A DNA stretch of 64,000 nucleotides from Lysobacterales bacterium. Lineage in GTDB: Bacteria > Pseudomonadota > Gammaproteobacteria > Xanthomonadales > SZUA-38. Each line of letters starts with the position of its first letter. Position 1 is the stretch's first letter. The stretch is taken from the NCBI GenBank assembly GCA_045106555.1, contig JBGCET010000010.1, positions 21,773 through 85,772 of the forward strand, written 5' to 3'. The position numbers were made by a program, and so were the translations under genes. Below, piece by piece: positions 39,202 through 50,100 of this stretch. Under the pieces are notes generated by a model. That model did not search any database. It was not told the origin of the DNA and saw only the letters and a list, made by a program, of their open reading frames with translations.

Positions 39202-39633
39202 TCACGCCCCAGCGTTATGCTCATGGGAACGCCAGGACTTTGCGCATTTGTCCAACACACCGTTGACGAAGCCGGGCGTTTGATCGCTGCCAAACTGGCG
39301 TGCCAGATCCACCGCTTCATTGATCACAACCCGGAATGGCACCTCGATATGCTGCAGCAGCTCATGGGCGGCCAATCGCAGCACGCTCAGCTCCATGGCG
39401 TCCAGATTTTCCACCGGCCGACTCACGTGCTCAGCCAGTTTCAGGTCAATGTCTTTGACGTCTCGGATGGTGTTTCGAACCATTCGCCGAAAGGCATCCT
39501 CATCCACTTTGGACAGATCCTGCTCTTGGCTGAATTGCTCAAGAATTTCGCTGGCTGGAGCAGGATTAATTGCCCACTGATATAAGGCCTGCAGCGCTCG
39601 CCTGCGGGCCCGGGTCATCGCGGAATGAGCCAT
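39202..39633 (-). CDS. nusB: transcription antitermination factor NusB
   Basis: 143 aa. RRRALQALYQW..., in the conserved ribH-nusB-thiL order. Confidence 0.92.
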   Translation of the reverse strand: MAHSAMTRARRRALQALYQWAINPAPASEILEQFSQEQDLSKVDEDAFRRMVRNTIRDVKDIDLKLAEHVSRPVENLDAMELSVLRLAAHELLQHIEVPFRVVINEAVDLARQFGSDQTPGFVNGVLDKCAKSWRSHEHNAGA

Positions 39634-39635
39634 CG

Positions 39636-40157
39636 TCAGGCGCCCTTCAAGTTGGCCAGCACGGCGGCCAACTGCAGAGCTGATCGGGCCGCTTCCCGGC
39701 CCTTGTTGTGATTGTCATCGCTACTACGGGCCTGGGCCTGCTCCAACGTGTCAGCCGTTAGCACTCCCAGCGTAACTGGCACGGACTGGTGGCGGGCTAT
39801 GTCGGCCACCCCGTCAGCACAGGTTTGGCAGACATACTCGAAATGTGGGGTCTCGCCTCGGATCACGCAGCCCAGCGTTACCACCGCGCCACACTGAGGC
39901 AGCGCCTGCAGCACGCCATTAACCGCCTGGGGAATCTCAAAGGCGCCGGGTACACGCAGCAGGTGAATTCCACTGGACGGCACGCCTGCGTTGACAAGCT
40001 CATCAATCGCCCCGCCAATGAGGCTTTCCAAGATCTCTGCGTTGTAGCGGCTGGCAACAATCGCCACACAGGCCGGTGCGGGCGCAGTTTCAGCCACGTT
40101 CACCACCTGGGAGGACAGCGGGTGTGGCGCAACCGCCGCGACCGCATCAATTTTCAT
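39636..40157 (-). CDS. ribH: 6,7-dimethyl-8-ribityllumazine synthase
   Basis: VAIVASRYN, VPGAFEIP, GCVIRGETPHFEYV. Confidence 0.93.
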   Translation of the reverse strand: MKIDAVAAVAPHPLSSQVVNVAETAPAPACVAIVASRYNAEILESLIGGAIDELVNAGVPSSGIHLLRVPGAFEIPQAVNGVLQALPQCGAVVTLGCVIRGETPHFEYVCQTCADGVADIARHQSVPVTLGVLTADTLEQAQARSSDDNHNKGREAARSALQLAAVLANLKGA

Positions 40158-41272
40158 GCCGATTCCTCGCTACGAGGTTGGGGTTCGACGTACTCAATCA
40201 CCTCCAGACCAAACCCGGCCAGGCCATGAAATCGTTTGGGTGCACTGAGAACTCGCATTTTTCCAACCCCCAGCGCCACGAGAATTTGGGCGCCGATACC
40301 GTAGTAGCGAAGCTCATCGCTATTGCCTTCACCATCATCGTTCTGGGCACAATTTTCTGGGTCAACGCGCTCCAGAATCTGGTCCGGCGTTTCGTCATCG
40401 CCCAACACCACCAGCACGCCCGCCTCAGCTTCAGCAAGTTCCGCCAAAGCGACGCGAATTGGCAAACCCATTTCTGGCTCATCCACGCCCAAAACGTCGC
40501 CCAGGGTATTTCGAACGTGAACCCGCACCAGGGTTGCGCGGTTCTGTTCCGGTTGACCTTTGACCAACGCCAGATGCACGCGCTGCTTTATTCGGTCGCG
40601 AAAGGCCACCAGCCTGAGTTCGCCGACAACCGTGCTGACCTGGCGTTCACCCACCTGATGCACGCTTTGCTCGGTTTGCATCCGGTATTGGATCAGATCG
40701 GCAATCGTGCCAATTTTCAGCCCCTCGGCTTTCGCAAATGCCTCCAGTTCGGGTCGTCGAGCCATTGACCCATCTTCCGACAGCAGTTCTACCAACACTC
40801 CCGCAGGCTCAAGACCTGCCAACAGCGCCAGATCCACGGCAGCTTCCGTGTGACCGGCCCGGGTCAACACGCCGCCGGGTTGGGCCATCAGTGGAAATAC
40901 ATGTCCAGGCTGAGTGAGATGTTCGGGTTGTGCGTCAGGACGGACGGCCGTGCGGATGGTGTGGGCTCGGTCGTACGCTGAGATGCCGGTGGTGACGCCT
41001 TCTGCCGCTTCCACCGACACGGTGAAATTGGTGGAATAACGGGCCTGGTTGGCATTGACCATCAGCGGCAGTCGTAGCTGTTCACAGCGCTCGCGGGTCA
41101 ACGACAAGCAAATTAGGCCGCGAGCCTTGGATGCCATGTAGTTGATGTCTTCCGGCCGCGTCAGGGAAGCGGCCATAATCAGGTCACCTTCATTTTCCCG
41201 GTCTTCATCGTCCACCACCACAACCATGCGGCCCTGGCGGATTTCCTCCAGTAATTCTGGAATGGTATTCAT
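40154..41272 (-). CDS. ribBA: bifunctional 3,4-dihydroxy-2-butanone-4-phosphate synthase / GTP cyclohydrolase II-like protein
   Basis: DDEDRENEGDLI and TVSVEA in the DHBP synthase half, followed by a RibA-like C-terminal half. The ATG at 41272 overlaps the ribE stop by 1 nt. Confidence 0.9.
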   Translation of the reverse strand: MNTIPELLEEIRQGRMVVVVDDEDRENEGDLIMAASLTRPEDINYMASKARGLICLSLTRERCEQLRLPLMVNANQARYSTNFTVSVEAAEGVTTGISAYDRAHTIRTAVRPDAQPEHLTQPGHVFPLMAQPGGVLTRAGHTEAAVDLALLAGLEPAGVLVELLSEDGSMARRPELEAFAKAEGLKIGTIADLIQYRMQTEQSVHQVGERQVSTVVGELRLVAFRDRIKQRVHLALVKGQPEQNRATLVRVHVRNTLGDVLGVDEPEMGLPIRVALAELAEAEAGVLVVLGDDETPDQILERVDPENCAQNDDGEGNSDELRYYGIGAQILVALGVGKMRVLSAPKRFHGLAGFGLEVIEYVEPQPRSEESA

Positions 41273-41871
41273 TACTTGGGTTCCGTTTGGCGCCAACGCA
41301 CCACGTAGCGGGCAAGGATATCAGCTTCAACGTTCACCGGGTCGCCGGCATTGAGATGACCTAGGGTGGTGTTGGCCAGAGTGTGAGGTATCAACGCCAC
41401 GTCGAAGTGCTGATCGGTGACGCCATTAACCGTCAGACTGACGCCGTCCACGGTGATTGAGCCTTTCTCGGCAACCAGTCGACCGAGGTCTTTGGGGATC
41501 TCGAACCACAGCCGCTCACAGTCACCCTCGGCCAGTCGTTTCACCATCCGACCACAGGCGTCCACGTGCCCCGTCACAATGTGACCACCCAGGCGATCGC
41601 TAGGCCGCATGGCCAGTTCCAGATTGACCTCACTGTCAACGGCCAATCTTCCAAGGCTGGTTCGGTTCAGAGTTTCAGGCGACAGATCTGCACTGAAACG
41701 ATGGTCGTCTAACTCCACCGCAGTCAAACAGGCGCCGGAGACACAAATGCTGTCGCCCAAGGCCGTATCGGCCAGGGCAAGATCAGCGGTATTGAAAGTA
41801 AGACGGGTCAGCTCAGCACCTGGCTTGATGTCGACAACCCGCCCCACGGCCTGGATTATTCCGGTGAACAT
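41272..41871 (-). CDS. ribE: riboflavin synthase alpha chain
   Basis: MFTGIIQAVG start. Duplicated lumazine-binding repeats (GDSICVSGACLTA and GSITVDGVSLTV). Confidence 0.93.
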   Translation of the reverse strand: MFTGIIQAVGRVVDIKPGAELTRLTFNTADLALADTALGDSICVSGACLTAVELDDHRFSADLSPETLNRTSLGRLAVDSEVNLELAMRPSDRLGGHIVTGHVDACGRMVKRLAEGDCERLWFEIPKDLGRLVAEKGSITVDGVSLTVNGVTDQHFDVALIPHTLANTTLGHLNAGDPVNVEADILARYVVRWRQTEPK

Positions 41872-43037
41872 GGCAGGTCCTCTGAGGTGTTTGAGGCGGA
41901 GCGATGATTGGCGTTGGCTGGCGCTGGATCGGGCGTCAAAGGCTTGAGAATCAGACGCAAATCCGTCCCAACCTGCCTGACCTGCTCGAACGACAGGGCA
42001 ATGCGATCAGCCATGGACTCCAAACCGGGCACCTCAAACAGCCCTTTGCTGGCACGTCCCATCACCGTTGGTGCCAGATAGACCAGCAGTTCGTCGACCA
42101 GGCCCGCGTCCAGCAGCGCCCCGCTGAGCACTGAACCACACTCTACATGCAATTCGTTAATGTCCATCTGCGCTAATTGTTGCAGGGTGATCGACAGATC
42201 AACGCGTCCGGCAAGGGGTGGAACTTCCAGCACCTCCAAACCCTCAACGTCATCCGCCCAGAACGGCCTGGGTAACGACTGGCAGCCGACCCAGATCACC
42301 CGTGAATTGGCCGTCAGCAGGCGCGCTGTTGGCGGCATTCGCCACTGGCTGTCCAACACAATCGCCGTGCTGGAGCGCGACAGTCCGGGCACTCGCGGGT
42401 TTAACGACGGATCGTCCATCAAAACGGTTCCGATGCCTGTGAGCACCGCACTGGCCCGTGCCCGCCAACGATGGCCGTCAGCGCGGGCGTCTTCACCAGT
42501 AATCCACTGACTGATGCCGTCAGCCATTGCTGTCGCACCATCAATGGAGGCCGCCAATTTCACTCGCACGAAAGGTCGTGACCTGTGCAGACGCGACAGG
42601 TAACCAGGGTTTAACGCCTCAGCCTGGGACTGCATCAACCCACATTCCACCGTAACCCCAGCATCACGCAAACGACCAAAGCCGGCACCTGATACTCGTG
42701 GATCAGGATCGGCCATGGCCGCCACCACTCGGCTGACGCCTGCGTCAATCAGCGCTGAGGTACACGGTGGCGTGCGTCCTTGATGGGCGCAGGGCTCCAA
42801 CGTGACATAGGCGGTGCAACCTTTCGTTGGGGACTGAGCATTCGCCAGCGCTCGCGCCTCAGCGTGCCCCTGACCGGTTTTTTCATGCCAGCCCTCACCG
42901 ATAACCGCGTCCTGTTTGACCAGTACACAACCGACAGCCGGATTGGGATGACAGGTCAGCTGACCACGACGGGCAAGGACGATCGCCCTGGCCATGTGCC
43001 TGGCGTCGCTTTCAGCGTTGGCCGTTGTGGAAGTCAT
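41856..43037 (-). CDS. ribD: bifunctional diaminohydroxyphosphoribosylaminopyrimidine deaminase / 5-amino-6-(5-phosphoribosylamino)uracil reductase
   Basis: CMP/dCMP deaminase zinc motifs HAE...TLEPCAHQGRTPPC, followed by a RibD_C reductase domain. Confidence 0.93.
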   Translation of the reverse strand: MTSTTANAESDARHMARAIVLARRGQLTCHPNPAVGCVLVKQDAVIGEGWHEKTGQGHAEARALANAQSPTKGCTAYVTLEPCAHQGRTPPCTSALIDAGVSRVVAAMADPDPRVSGAGFGRLRDAGVTVECGLMQSQAEALNPGYLSRLHRSRPFVRVKLAASIDGATAMADGISQWITGEDARADGHRWRARASAVLTGIGTVLMDDPSLNPRVPGLSRSSTAIVLDSQWRMPPTARLLTANSRVIWVGCQSLPRPFWADDVEGLEVLEVPPLAGRVDLSITLQQLAQMDINELHVECGSVLSGALLDAGLVDELLVYLAPTVMGRASKGLFEVPGLESMADRIALSFEQVRQVGTDLRLILKPLTPDPAPANANHRSASNTSEDLPCSPE

Positions 43038-43060
43038 GTCCGGTGCGCAAATATCGAGGT

Positions 43061-43588
43061 TTAGTCTTCACTTTCGGCGTCAGCTGCTTCGCCAGCCCCA
43101 AGCAGTGACAGCTGGCGTGCGTCCAGCCCTCCGGGGGAAGTGCGCTCAAGGCGCTCTATGACTTCCCTGAATGCCTGCACGTCCTCAAAGCGTCGATAAA
43201 CCGAGGCAAACCGCACGTAGGCCACCTGATCGAGCTGGGACAACTCCTGCATCACGTGCTCACCAATGGCCATTGAAGGCACTTCATCGGCATCAAGGTT
43301 TCGCAACGCCCGCAAAATTCTGGAAATGGCCTCTTCCACTTCATCCGTTCTCACCGGCCGTTTTTGCAGTGCACGCACCATCCCGGCACGCAGCTTGTCT
43401 GGATCAAACGCCTCACGAATACCATCACTCTTGACGACGTTGGGTAACTTCAGTTCAGGCGTTTCGAAGGTGTTAAAGCGACCATTGCATTCCATACACT
43501 CGCGGCGGCGGCGCACGGAGAATCCCTCACCTTTCAGGCGCGAGTCTATGACCCGAGTATCGGTCGCCTGGCAAAACGGGCAATACAT
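43061..43588 (-). CDS. nrdR: transcriptional repressor NrdR
   Basis: MYCPFC...DSR..CMEC zinc ribbon followed by an ATP-cone. Confidence 0.95.
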   Translation of the reverse strand: MYCPFCQATDTRVIDSRLKGEGFSVRRRRECMECNGRFNTFETPELKLPNVVKSDGIREAFDPDKLRAGMVRALQKRPVRTDEVEEAISRILRALRNLDADEVPSMAIGEHVMQELSQLDQVAYVRFASVYRRFEDVQAFREVIERLERTSPGGLDARQLSLLGAGEAADAESED

Positions 43589-43594
43589 CGAAAA

Positions 43595-44863
43595 TCAGTT
43601 GCTGGCGACAGGCCGGTACACCGGCAGCTTTTGACACTGAGACGTTACCGCACCGCGGACCTTGGCAAGGACTGAGTCATCGTCGGGAGCATCCAACACG
43701 TCACAGATTAAATGGCCCAGTTCGCGTGTGTCGTCTTCCAGATAACCTCGGGTGGTGATCGCCGGCGTGCCCACCCGCAGCCCGCTGGTCACAAAAGGAG
43801 AGCGCGGATCGTTCGGCACCGCGTTTTTGTTGACCGTAATGTGGGCATCACCTAATCGGGCCTCGGCGTCTTTGCCGGTGAGGTCCCGCGTGCCCAGATC
43901 GATCAGGAAGAGGTGGTTTTCCGTGCCGCCGGAAATCACGTTGAAACCACGCGCCATGATCACCTCAGCCAACGCCTTAGCATTCTTGACAACCTGCTTT
44001 TGATAATCAACAAAGTCTGGCTGCAGGGCCTCCTTGAACGCCACCGCCTTAGCCGCAATGACGTGCATCAGCGGGCCGCCCTGAGTACCCGGGAAAACCA
44101 GCGAATTGAGCTTTTTTTCAATGGCTTCATTGGATTTGGCCAAGATAATGCCGCCGCGGGGTCCGCGCAAAGTCTTGTGGGTGGTGCTGGTTACCACGTC
44201 GGCGTGAGGAATCGGGCTTGGATACACCCCAGCAGCCACCAGACCGGCCACATGGGCCATATCGACCACAAATACCGCGCCGACGCTGTCCGCAATTTCC
44301 CGCATTTTCGCCCAATCCGCGATTTGGGAATACGCCGAAAAACCGCCGATGATCATCTTCGGCTGATGCTTGCTGGCCAGCTCTGCCATGGCGTCATAGT
44401 CAATCAACCCCGTTGCTTCATCCAGGCCATACTGCACGGCGTTGAAAATCTTGCCGGAGAAATTCACTTTGGCGCCATGGGTCAGATGGCCGCCGTGGGC
44501 CAGACTCATGCCCAATATGGTGTCACCCGGCTTTACTAACGCCAGAAACACCGCCGCGTTGGCTTGCGAACCCGAGTGGGGCTGTACGTTGGCATAATCT
44601 GCACCGAACAGCTGTTTGGCGCGGGCAATGGCAAGACGCTCAGCAACATCAACATGCTCACAGCCGCCATAGTAGCGGCGTCCAGGGTAACCCTCAGCGT
44701 ATTTATTGGTTAATACTGAACCTTGAGCTTCCAACACTCTGGGGCTGGCGTAATTTTCCGACGCGATCAGCTCAACATGATCTTCCTGACGCTGCTGTTC
44801 TGCCGCGATGGAAGCGGCCAGTTCGTCATCATAGCCGGCGATGGTCATTGCCTGATCAAACAT
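43595..44863 (-). CDS. glyA: serine hydroxymethyltransferase
   Basis: [31 protein letters not shown] (PLP lysine). Confidence 0.97.
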   Translation of the reverse strand: MFDQAMTIAGYDDELAASIAAEQQRQEDHVELIASENYASPRVLEAQGSVLTNKYAEGYPGRRYYGGCEHVDVAERLAIARAKQLFGADYANVQPHSGSQANAAVFLALVKPGDTILGMSLAHGGHLTHGAKVNFSGKIFNAVQYGLDEATGLIDYDAMAELASKHQPKMIIGGFSAYSQIADWAKMREIADSVGAVFVVDMAHVAGLVAAGVYPSPIPHADVVTSTTHKTLRGPRGGIILAKSNEAIEKKLNSLVFPGTQGGPLMHVIAAKAVAFKEALQPDFVDYQKQVVKNAKALAEVIMARGFNVISGGTENHLFLIDLGTRDLTGKDAEARLGDAHITVNKNAVPNDPRSPFVTSGLRVGTPAITTRGYLEDDTRELGHLICDVLDAPDDDSVLAKVRGAVTSQCQKLPVYRPVASN

Positions 44864-44916
44864 GGGCGGTCTCTACTTCTGGGCAGTTCATTGAAGCCGA
44901 CTATTGTACCTCGGAA

Positions 44917-46542
44917 TTATCCCGCTGAGTCAGTCTGCTGCTGTTCAAACTCGCTGTAATTGCCCTCAAAGAAGGCCACCTTGCCATCCCCTTCAAAGGA
45001 CAGCATGTGGGTAGCAATACGATCCAAAAACCAGCGATCGTGAGAAATGACCAGTGCGCAGCCAGGAAAGGCCAACAAGGCTTCTTCAAGAGCCCTCAAG
45101 GTTTCAACGTCCAAATCGTTGGTCGGTTCGTCCAGCAGCAACGTGTTACCGCCGCTGCGCAACAGTTTGGCCAGGTGCAAGCGATTGCGCTCTCCTCCGG
45201 ACAAAACCTTCACCAGTTTTTGCTGATCGGCGCCTTTAAAGTTAAAGCGTCCGGCGTAGGCTCGGGATGGCGTTTCGTAACGGCCAATCTGAATGATGTC
45301 CTGACCGTCAGAAATCTCGTGCCACACCGTGTTATCGCCATTCAACGAATCTCGACTCTGATCCACGTAAGCCAAATTCACCGTGGGCCCCAAAGTCACC
45401 GTGCCACTATCGGGCTGCTCTTGCCCTGCCAACATGCGGAACAGCGTGGATTTGCCCGCACCGTTAGGCCCGACAATTCCAACGATGGCTCCCCGCGGCA
45501 CTTTGAAACTCAGATTATCGATGAGGGTCCGGTCACCGAAGGCTTTGGTCACCCCATCCAGCTCTATGACCTGATCACCCAGTCGCTCACCGGGCGGAAT
45601 ATAAATCTCCCGGGTTTCGTTGCGAGTCTGAAACTCCTGCGAGCACAGCTCCTCATAACGCGCCAGACGTGCCTTGCTCTTGGCCCGTCGGCCTTTCGGG
45701 TTACTGCGCACCCACTCCAGCTCAGCCTTGATCGCCCGCTCTCGTGACTTTTGCCCCGAGTCTTCCTGAGCCAAACGCTGATCTTTTTGCTCCAACCAAG
45801 AGGAGTAATTGCCCTTCCAAGGGATACCGCGCCCGCGATCGAGCTCCAAAATCCACTCCGCAACGTTATCCAGAAAATAACGATCGTGAGTAATCGCCAC
45901 AACGGTGCCCTTAAACTCCGCGAGAAAACGCTCCAGCCACGCGACGGACTCCGCATCCAGGTGGTTTGTTGGTTCGTCAAGAAGCAACATGTCCGGGCTG
46001 GACAGCAACAGGCGACACAGGGCAACCCGGCGTCGTTCGCCGCCGGACAGCACCTTGACGTCCGCATCCCAGGGCGGCAAATTCAGCGCGCTGGCTGCCA
46101 TCTCAAGACGCCGATCCAGCTCCCAACCCTCGGCGGTTTCAATGGCATCTTGCAGGCTGGCTTGCTGCTCCAGCAGGGCAGTCATTTCGTCGTCGCTCAT
46201 GGGCTCAGCGAATTTCTCACTGACCTGGTCAAACTCGGTCAACAGGGCTTTAATTTCCGCCACCCCCTCCTCGACATTGCCCCGCACATCTTTGCTGTCA
46301 TCCAGCTGTGGCTCCTGCTCCAGGTATCCCACCCGGATATCCGGCTGGGGCCGGGCCTCGCCGTCAAACTCGGTATCCACGCCGGCCATAATTCGAAGTA
46401 CAGTGGATTTGCCCGCGCCGTTGAGTCCCAACACGCCGATCTTGGCGCCAGGAAAGAACGACAGAGAAATGTCTTCGATAATTTTTCGTTTCGGCGGCAC
46501 CGTCTTGCTGACGCCGATCATGGTGTAGATGTACTGAGCCAT
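44917..46542 (-). CDS. ettA: energy-dependent translational throttle ABC-F protein EttA
   Basis: MAQYIYTM start. Two ABC cassettes (GLNGAGKST and [17 protein letters not shown] and LSGGERNR). The ATG at 46542 overlaps the upstream stop by 1 nt. Confidence 0.93.
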   Translation of the reverse strand: MAQYIYTMIGVSKTVPPKRKIIEDISLSFFPGAKIGVLGLNGAGKSTVLRIMAGVDTEFDGEARPQPDIRVGYLEQEPQLDDSKDVRGNVEEGVAEIKALLTEFDQVSEKFAEPMSDDEMTALLEQQASLQDAIETAEGWELDRRLEMAASALNLPPWDADVKVLSGGERRRVALCRLLLSSPDMLLLDEPTNHLDAESVAWLERFLAEFKGTVVAITHDRYFLDNVAEWILELDRGRGIPWKGNYSSWLEQKDQRLAQEDSGQKSRERAIKAELEWVRSNPKGRRAKSKARLARYEELCSQEFQTRNETREIYIPPGERLGDQVIELDGVTKAFGDRTLIDNLSFKVPRGAIVGIVGPNGAGKSTLFRMLAGQEQPDSGTVTLGPTVNLAYVDQSRDSLNGDNTVWHEISDGQDIIQIGRYETPSRAYAGRFNFKGADQQKLVKVLSGGERNRLHLAKLLRSGGNTLLLDEPTNDLDVETLRALEEALLAFPGCALVISHDRWFLDRIATHMLSFEGDGKVAFFEGNYSEFEQQQTDSAG

Positions 46543-47435
46543 CAGAGTCCTTTTTGCTGATCCAGCGGCAGCCAGGTGGAAGCCTGCGGCATGAATGGGC
46601 GAGGTTCGTAACCAAAATCCCGCACTGCGGGGGTGTAATCGTAAACCAGATGTTGATTCATGCGGTCCAACATCGCCAGATTCAAGTCTCGCCAACGCCG
46701 GGTGCGGTTCATCAGCGGCAGGACCGATCGCACCAACGGCGTCGGTACCGAAATAAATCGGGGCGAAATTTGCAGAGATTCGAACACTTTCCTGACCATC
46801 TCGCGGTAGCTCAGAATGGACCCGCCGGGTAAATCGTAGGTTCCCTCAACCGGCCGGGGACCTTGCACCAGTTGCAGCGCCGTTTGCGCCAGGTCCTCCG
46901 CGTGAACCGGTTGCCGCTTACCACTGGCAGCCCCCAACAGCGGCATCATCCGCCAGCGAGCCAGAAAACGGGCGAGACGGGTCAGATTTTGATCTAGGCC
47001 CGCACCGTATATCAGCGTCGGACGGAGTATCGCCAGAGTCGCATTGGCGCCGCGAGTCTGCTCCGATATCTGCCGCTCTCCCTGTTCCAGCGCCGATGCC
47101 AGCGCGCGTTCTCCGAGGTCGCCGCTATCCAGCTTGGACGTGGCGCTGGTGGACGAAAACACCACCACCCGTGATGCAGCACAAAGGGCCCCAGACAACT
47201 TCGAAAATTGGTCCAGTGGCGCAAGATAAACCAGAGCGTCCACAGCGCTATCCCGGGATCTGCCCAGGCCACGCGGCCCTTCCATCCACTGCATGTTCGC
47301 AGTGGGTGGCAACCAAATGGGCGGCGATCGCCGGGAATATACTTCAACTCGATGACCCGCCAGTAAAAGCGCCGGAATTAGATAGGCCGAAATCTGGTTG
47401 CTGCCGCCTACCACCCGCACCGTCAAAGCTGTCAT
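46542..47435 (-). CDS. atypical NAD(P)-dependent epimerase/dehydratase-family (SDR) protein
   Basis: N-terminal beta-alpha-beta [27 protein letters not shown] (degenerate GxxGxxG), [20 protein letters not shown] overlap with the upstream GT2 gene. Confidence 0.6.
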   Translation of the reverse strand: MTALTVRVVGGSNQISAYLIPALLLAGHRVEVYSRRSPPIWLPPTANMQWMEGPRGLGRSRDSAVDALVYLAPLDQFSKLSGALCAASRVVVFSSTSATSKLDSGDLGERALASALEQGERQISEQTRGANATLAILRPTLIYGAGLDQNLTRLARFLARWRMMPLLGAASGKRQPVHAEDLAQTALQLVQGPRPVEGTYDLPGGSILSYREMVRKVFESLQISPRFISVPTPLVRSVLPLMNRTRRWRDLNLAMLDRMNQHLVYDYTPAVRDFGYEPRPFMPQASTWLPLDQQKGL

Positions 47436-48307
47436 CGGCGCCTGCCAGCAAGCCACCAAATGGGCGCACGTAAAAGAAAGTGAGCCCAAATAAGCGCGCT
47501 CCAGCCGACAGCGCCAACGGGACCCAACGAGGCGGAAAAGTACCGGATCAACGACCGGTGTTTGTGCGCCTGTGCTCGCAGCGGCGCACTCGCGTGGCTA
47601 ATGCCCTTGGCGTGATCTGCCCTGGCCGTATAACAAAGGCGGGTCTGCCAGCCCGCCTGGCCGGCGCGACGCATGAGATCCAGGTCCTCACAGTGCAGAA
47701 AATATGCCTCATCAAAACCACCAATGGCGTGCAAACACCTGGCCGACACCATCATCAGAGCCCCTGAAACCGCCTCTACCTGGGCGCTGTCCCCGCTGTT
47801 GCGACGCGTATCGCTGAGGGTGTCGGATGACCGCTTAAACAGACTTCTGAGTGTTCGACGGACGGTAGGCAGGCGACGCAATGTGGCGCCCTGAACGCTT
47901 CCGTCAGGGTTCATGACCCACGCACCCACAATGCCAATGTCTGGCGCGGTCGACAATTCCCGCTCCATGATGGCAAGGCAATCGACCTCAACGACGCAAT
48001 CAGGGTTCACAAAAACCACCGAATCGTCCGTTCCCAACCCCAGGGCGCCCTGATTACAGGCCGCACCGAAACCCCGATTCGTTGAGTTTTTCAACAGTTC
48101 GATCGGTTGATCTGCAATCGCTGCCAGGCTTTGATCTGTTGATCCGTTGTCGACGACGACAACGTGTAGATTAGCGCTGGATTTGAGCAGCGCATCTATA
48201 CAGCGGGCCAGCCAGGGGCCGGCGTTGTAGTTAACGACGACCGCGTGCAGCCGTCCTGAGTTCACGCTTGAAGCAGCGATTCCCGGATACCTTTGCTGTG
48301 TTGCCAA
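47432..48307 (-). CDS. glycosyltransferase family 2
   Basis: AVVVNYNAGPWLARCIDAL...VVVVDNGSTD, NRGFGAACN, DLDLMRR (the ED/DxD region of rhamnosyltransferase-like GT2). A possible GTG start at 48265 forms a GTGA overlap with the upstream stop. Confidence 0.85.
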   Translation of the reverse strand: MATQQRYPGIAASSVNSGRLHAVVVNYNAGPWLARCIDALLKSSANLHVVVVDNGSTDQSLAAIADQPIELLKNSTNRGFGAACNQGALGLGTDDSVVFVNPDCVVEVDCLAIMERELSTAPDIGIVGAWVMNPDGSVQGATLRRLPTVRRTLRSLFKRSSDTLSDTRRNSGDSAQVEAVSGALMMVSARCLHAIGGFDEAYFLHCEDLDLMRRAGQAGWQTRLCYTARADHAKGISHASAPLRAQAHKHRSLIRYFSASLGPVGAVGWSALIWAHFLLRAPIWWLAGRRR

Positions 48308-50100
48308 AGGACTTCCCAGTGCTCCAGATGATCCGCGTATTCACGCAAACCCTGGCTCAGCAAATTGGCACATTGCTCATCGGTTACTGATGCGGGCCAG
48401 TCGCGCATTCTCGGGGCCCCTGCGTCGGTCAATTTTCGGCCATTTTCAGTGATCCATTCTTTGGCGTCTGTCACCCAAAAATTGGGCGCGGGGTTCATGC
48501 CGGTCATGGCGATCTGCGCCTGCTCAACAATTTGCGACCGGATCATGGTCAGGAACTGGCTCATGATTACCTGACGTTTTTCCACGCTGGCCTCAGCCAG
48601 GTCTCGGAAAATTCTCACCAGCATGCTCAGTCGTTCGGCGGGCGCCTCGGCTGCGCAATCGCCCAATCGGGACACCGAATACTCGGCAGCAAAACGCGAT
48701 AGCCAGGGCACATAAGCTTCCGGCATTGGACTTTCCCGTGTACTGGTCGGCCGCTGATGCTTAAGCAATGTGGGAAAATGCAGACAAAGGGATTCGGGAT
48801 ACAAAAAGCGCAGCCAAGCAGCAAACGTGAAGTCTTCCCCGCGCCCGGTTGCTACGGTACAGGGCAGCAGCTGCCGGTTATCAAAAGCCAATGGCGTGAA
48901 GTTTGACATCTGGGTCAGTTGAGGCGCTACAAACCCGTGGGCCATAACAGGCTGATAGGACAGTGCTCGGTAACTCGCTTCACTGCGTCTCATGCCTTCG
49001 GTATGTGCCGGCGGCGCCAGATACAACCAAAGATTGGTGTCCATCCGCCAGTCTCCCCAGGCACCGGCTGCGGTTGTCTTGATTGCCTCTCCACTGAGCA
49101 AGCTGTTGATCTGGGGAAACGTCGCACCCTGCAGTGTTTGCGGCGACACTTCCATGGCGAAGGCGCTGTTAAAAAGCACAGCGGGAGATTGGCCGCAGGC
49201 CGCCAGATGTTCGTGCAGTGGGTCAAAGCCGGCTCCGGCCTTATCCCCAGCGGCGGCGGGCAAAGCGGCCGCAAGCTCTTCCATGTTGGTGGCGGGGAAC
49301 TGCATAGGCAGATGCGGCCCTTCTCGCACGCTCAATTGCCGACTGCCGCCGCCGATCGGCGACCGGGGATCCATGACAAAATCGTCGTCCAGCATCAAAA
49401 ACCGTTCACCGGCAGTGAGTAAAAGCGCCGTATTCCATGCGCCACCGCAGGTAATGGAATCGGTCTCCCCAAGACCCAGAATCTCTTGACTGACGGAGGC
49501 ATTGGGCAAGGTTTTGCACATCCGCTGACGCCATGCTCGGTCCAAGTGATGAACCTCTAGCCCCGCATCCTTAAGGGGCGCCAGGACCCTGTGGTTTTCG
49601 TCACTGCTATGACGCGAGTCATCCACCACCAGATATCGCAGCCCGCGCCCAGTAACAGCCTCATTGGCGGCCAACGATTTGGCAAGTTTTTCTAGCTCAG
49701 CGGGGCGATCGCAAGTACGTATCACCATGCCAGCAGGCTCGGTCAGATCCTGACTGGGGGCGGACCGAAGTTTGTCCAGCATTTGGTCGGCATCGACAAC
49801 CAGTGACCGGCTACGGAGAAACTCAAATACCTTTTCTACCGCGTGGGACTTACCCTTTAGGGCGGGAATGCGTTGAGTGATGGCCTCAACATGTCGGCCC
49901 ATGGGTTGGAACTGACGACTGGCATCCATTGCGGCCAGTACGTCCATGGTCATTACGTGGTTTTCGCCGCTGCGCGGATCGTGAAACACAATCTCTTCGG
50001 CAGAAAGTCTGGCCACCTGACCGTCAACGCTGGCCACCAAGGGGCCATCAGACTTCACCGAGGTGGGACTGACTGTCCCAAAATCCATATCAAACTCCAT
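48262..50100 (-). CDS. large GT-A-like protein with unassigned N- and C-terminal extensions
   Basis: 612 aa. The central region reads MVIRTCDRPAELEKLAKSL...YLVVDDSRHS...FLMLDDDF, a GT-A Rossmann fold plus DxD-like motif. About 120 aa N-terminal and about 330 aa C-terminal carry no motif I recognise. Confidence 0.45.
   Translation of the reverse strand: MEFDMDFGTVSPTSVKSDGPLVASVDGQVARLSAEEIVFHDPRSGENHVMTMDVLAAMDASRQFQPMGRHVEAITQRIPALKGKSHAVEKVFEFLRSRSLVVDADQMLDKLRSAPSQDLTEPAGMVIRTCDRPAELEKLAKSLAANEAVTGRGLRYLVVDDSRHSSDENHRVLAPLKDAGLEVHHLDRAWRQRMCKTLPNASVSQEILGLGETDSITCGGAWNTALLLTAGERFLMLDDDFVMDPRSPIGGGSRQLSVREGPHLPMQFPATNMEELAAALPAAAGDKAGAGFDPLHEHLAACGQSPAVLFNSAFAMEVSPQTLQGATFPQINSLLSGEAIKTTAAGAWGDWRMDTNLWLYLAPPAHTEGMRRSEASYRALSYQPVMAHGFVAPQLTQMSNFTPLAFDNRQLLPCTVATGRGEDFTFAAWLRFLYPESLCLHFPTLLKHQRPTSTRESPMPEAYVPWLSRFAAEYSVSRLGDCAAEAPAERLSMLVRIFRDLAEASVEKRQVIMSQFLTMIRSQIVEQAQIAMTGMNPAPNFWVTDAKEWITENGRKLTDAGAPRMRDWPASVTDEQCANLLSQGLREYADHLEHWEVLWQHSKGIRESLLQA

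Noticed and set aside
39100-43060. Expected FMN (RFN) riboswitch in front of the riboflavin genes, or a TPP riboswitch near thiL.
   Set aside because: The rib genes are packed with overlaps or gaps of 25 nt or less behind nrdR. The only sizeable spacer is the 102 nt between nusB and thiL, and it shows no conserved riboswitch core that I can recognise.
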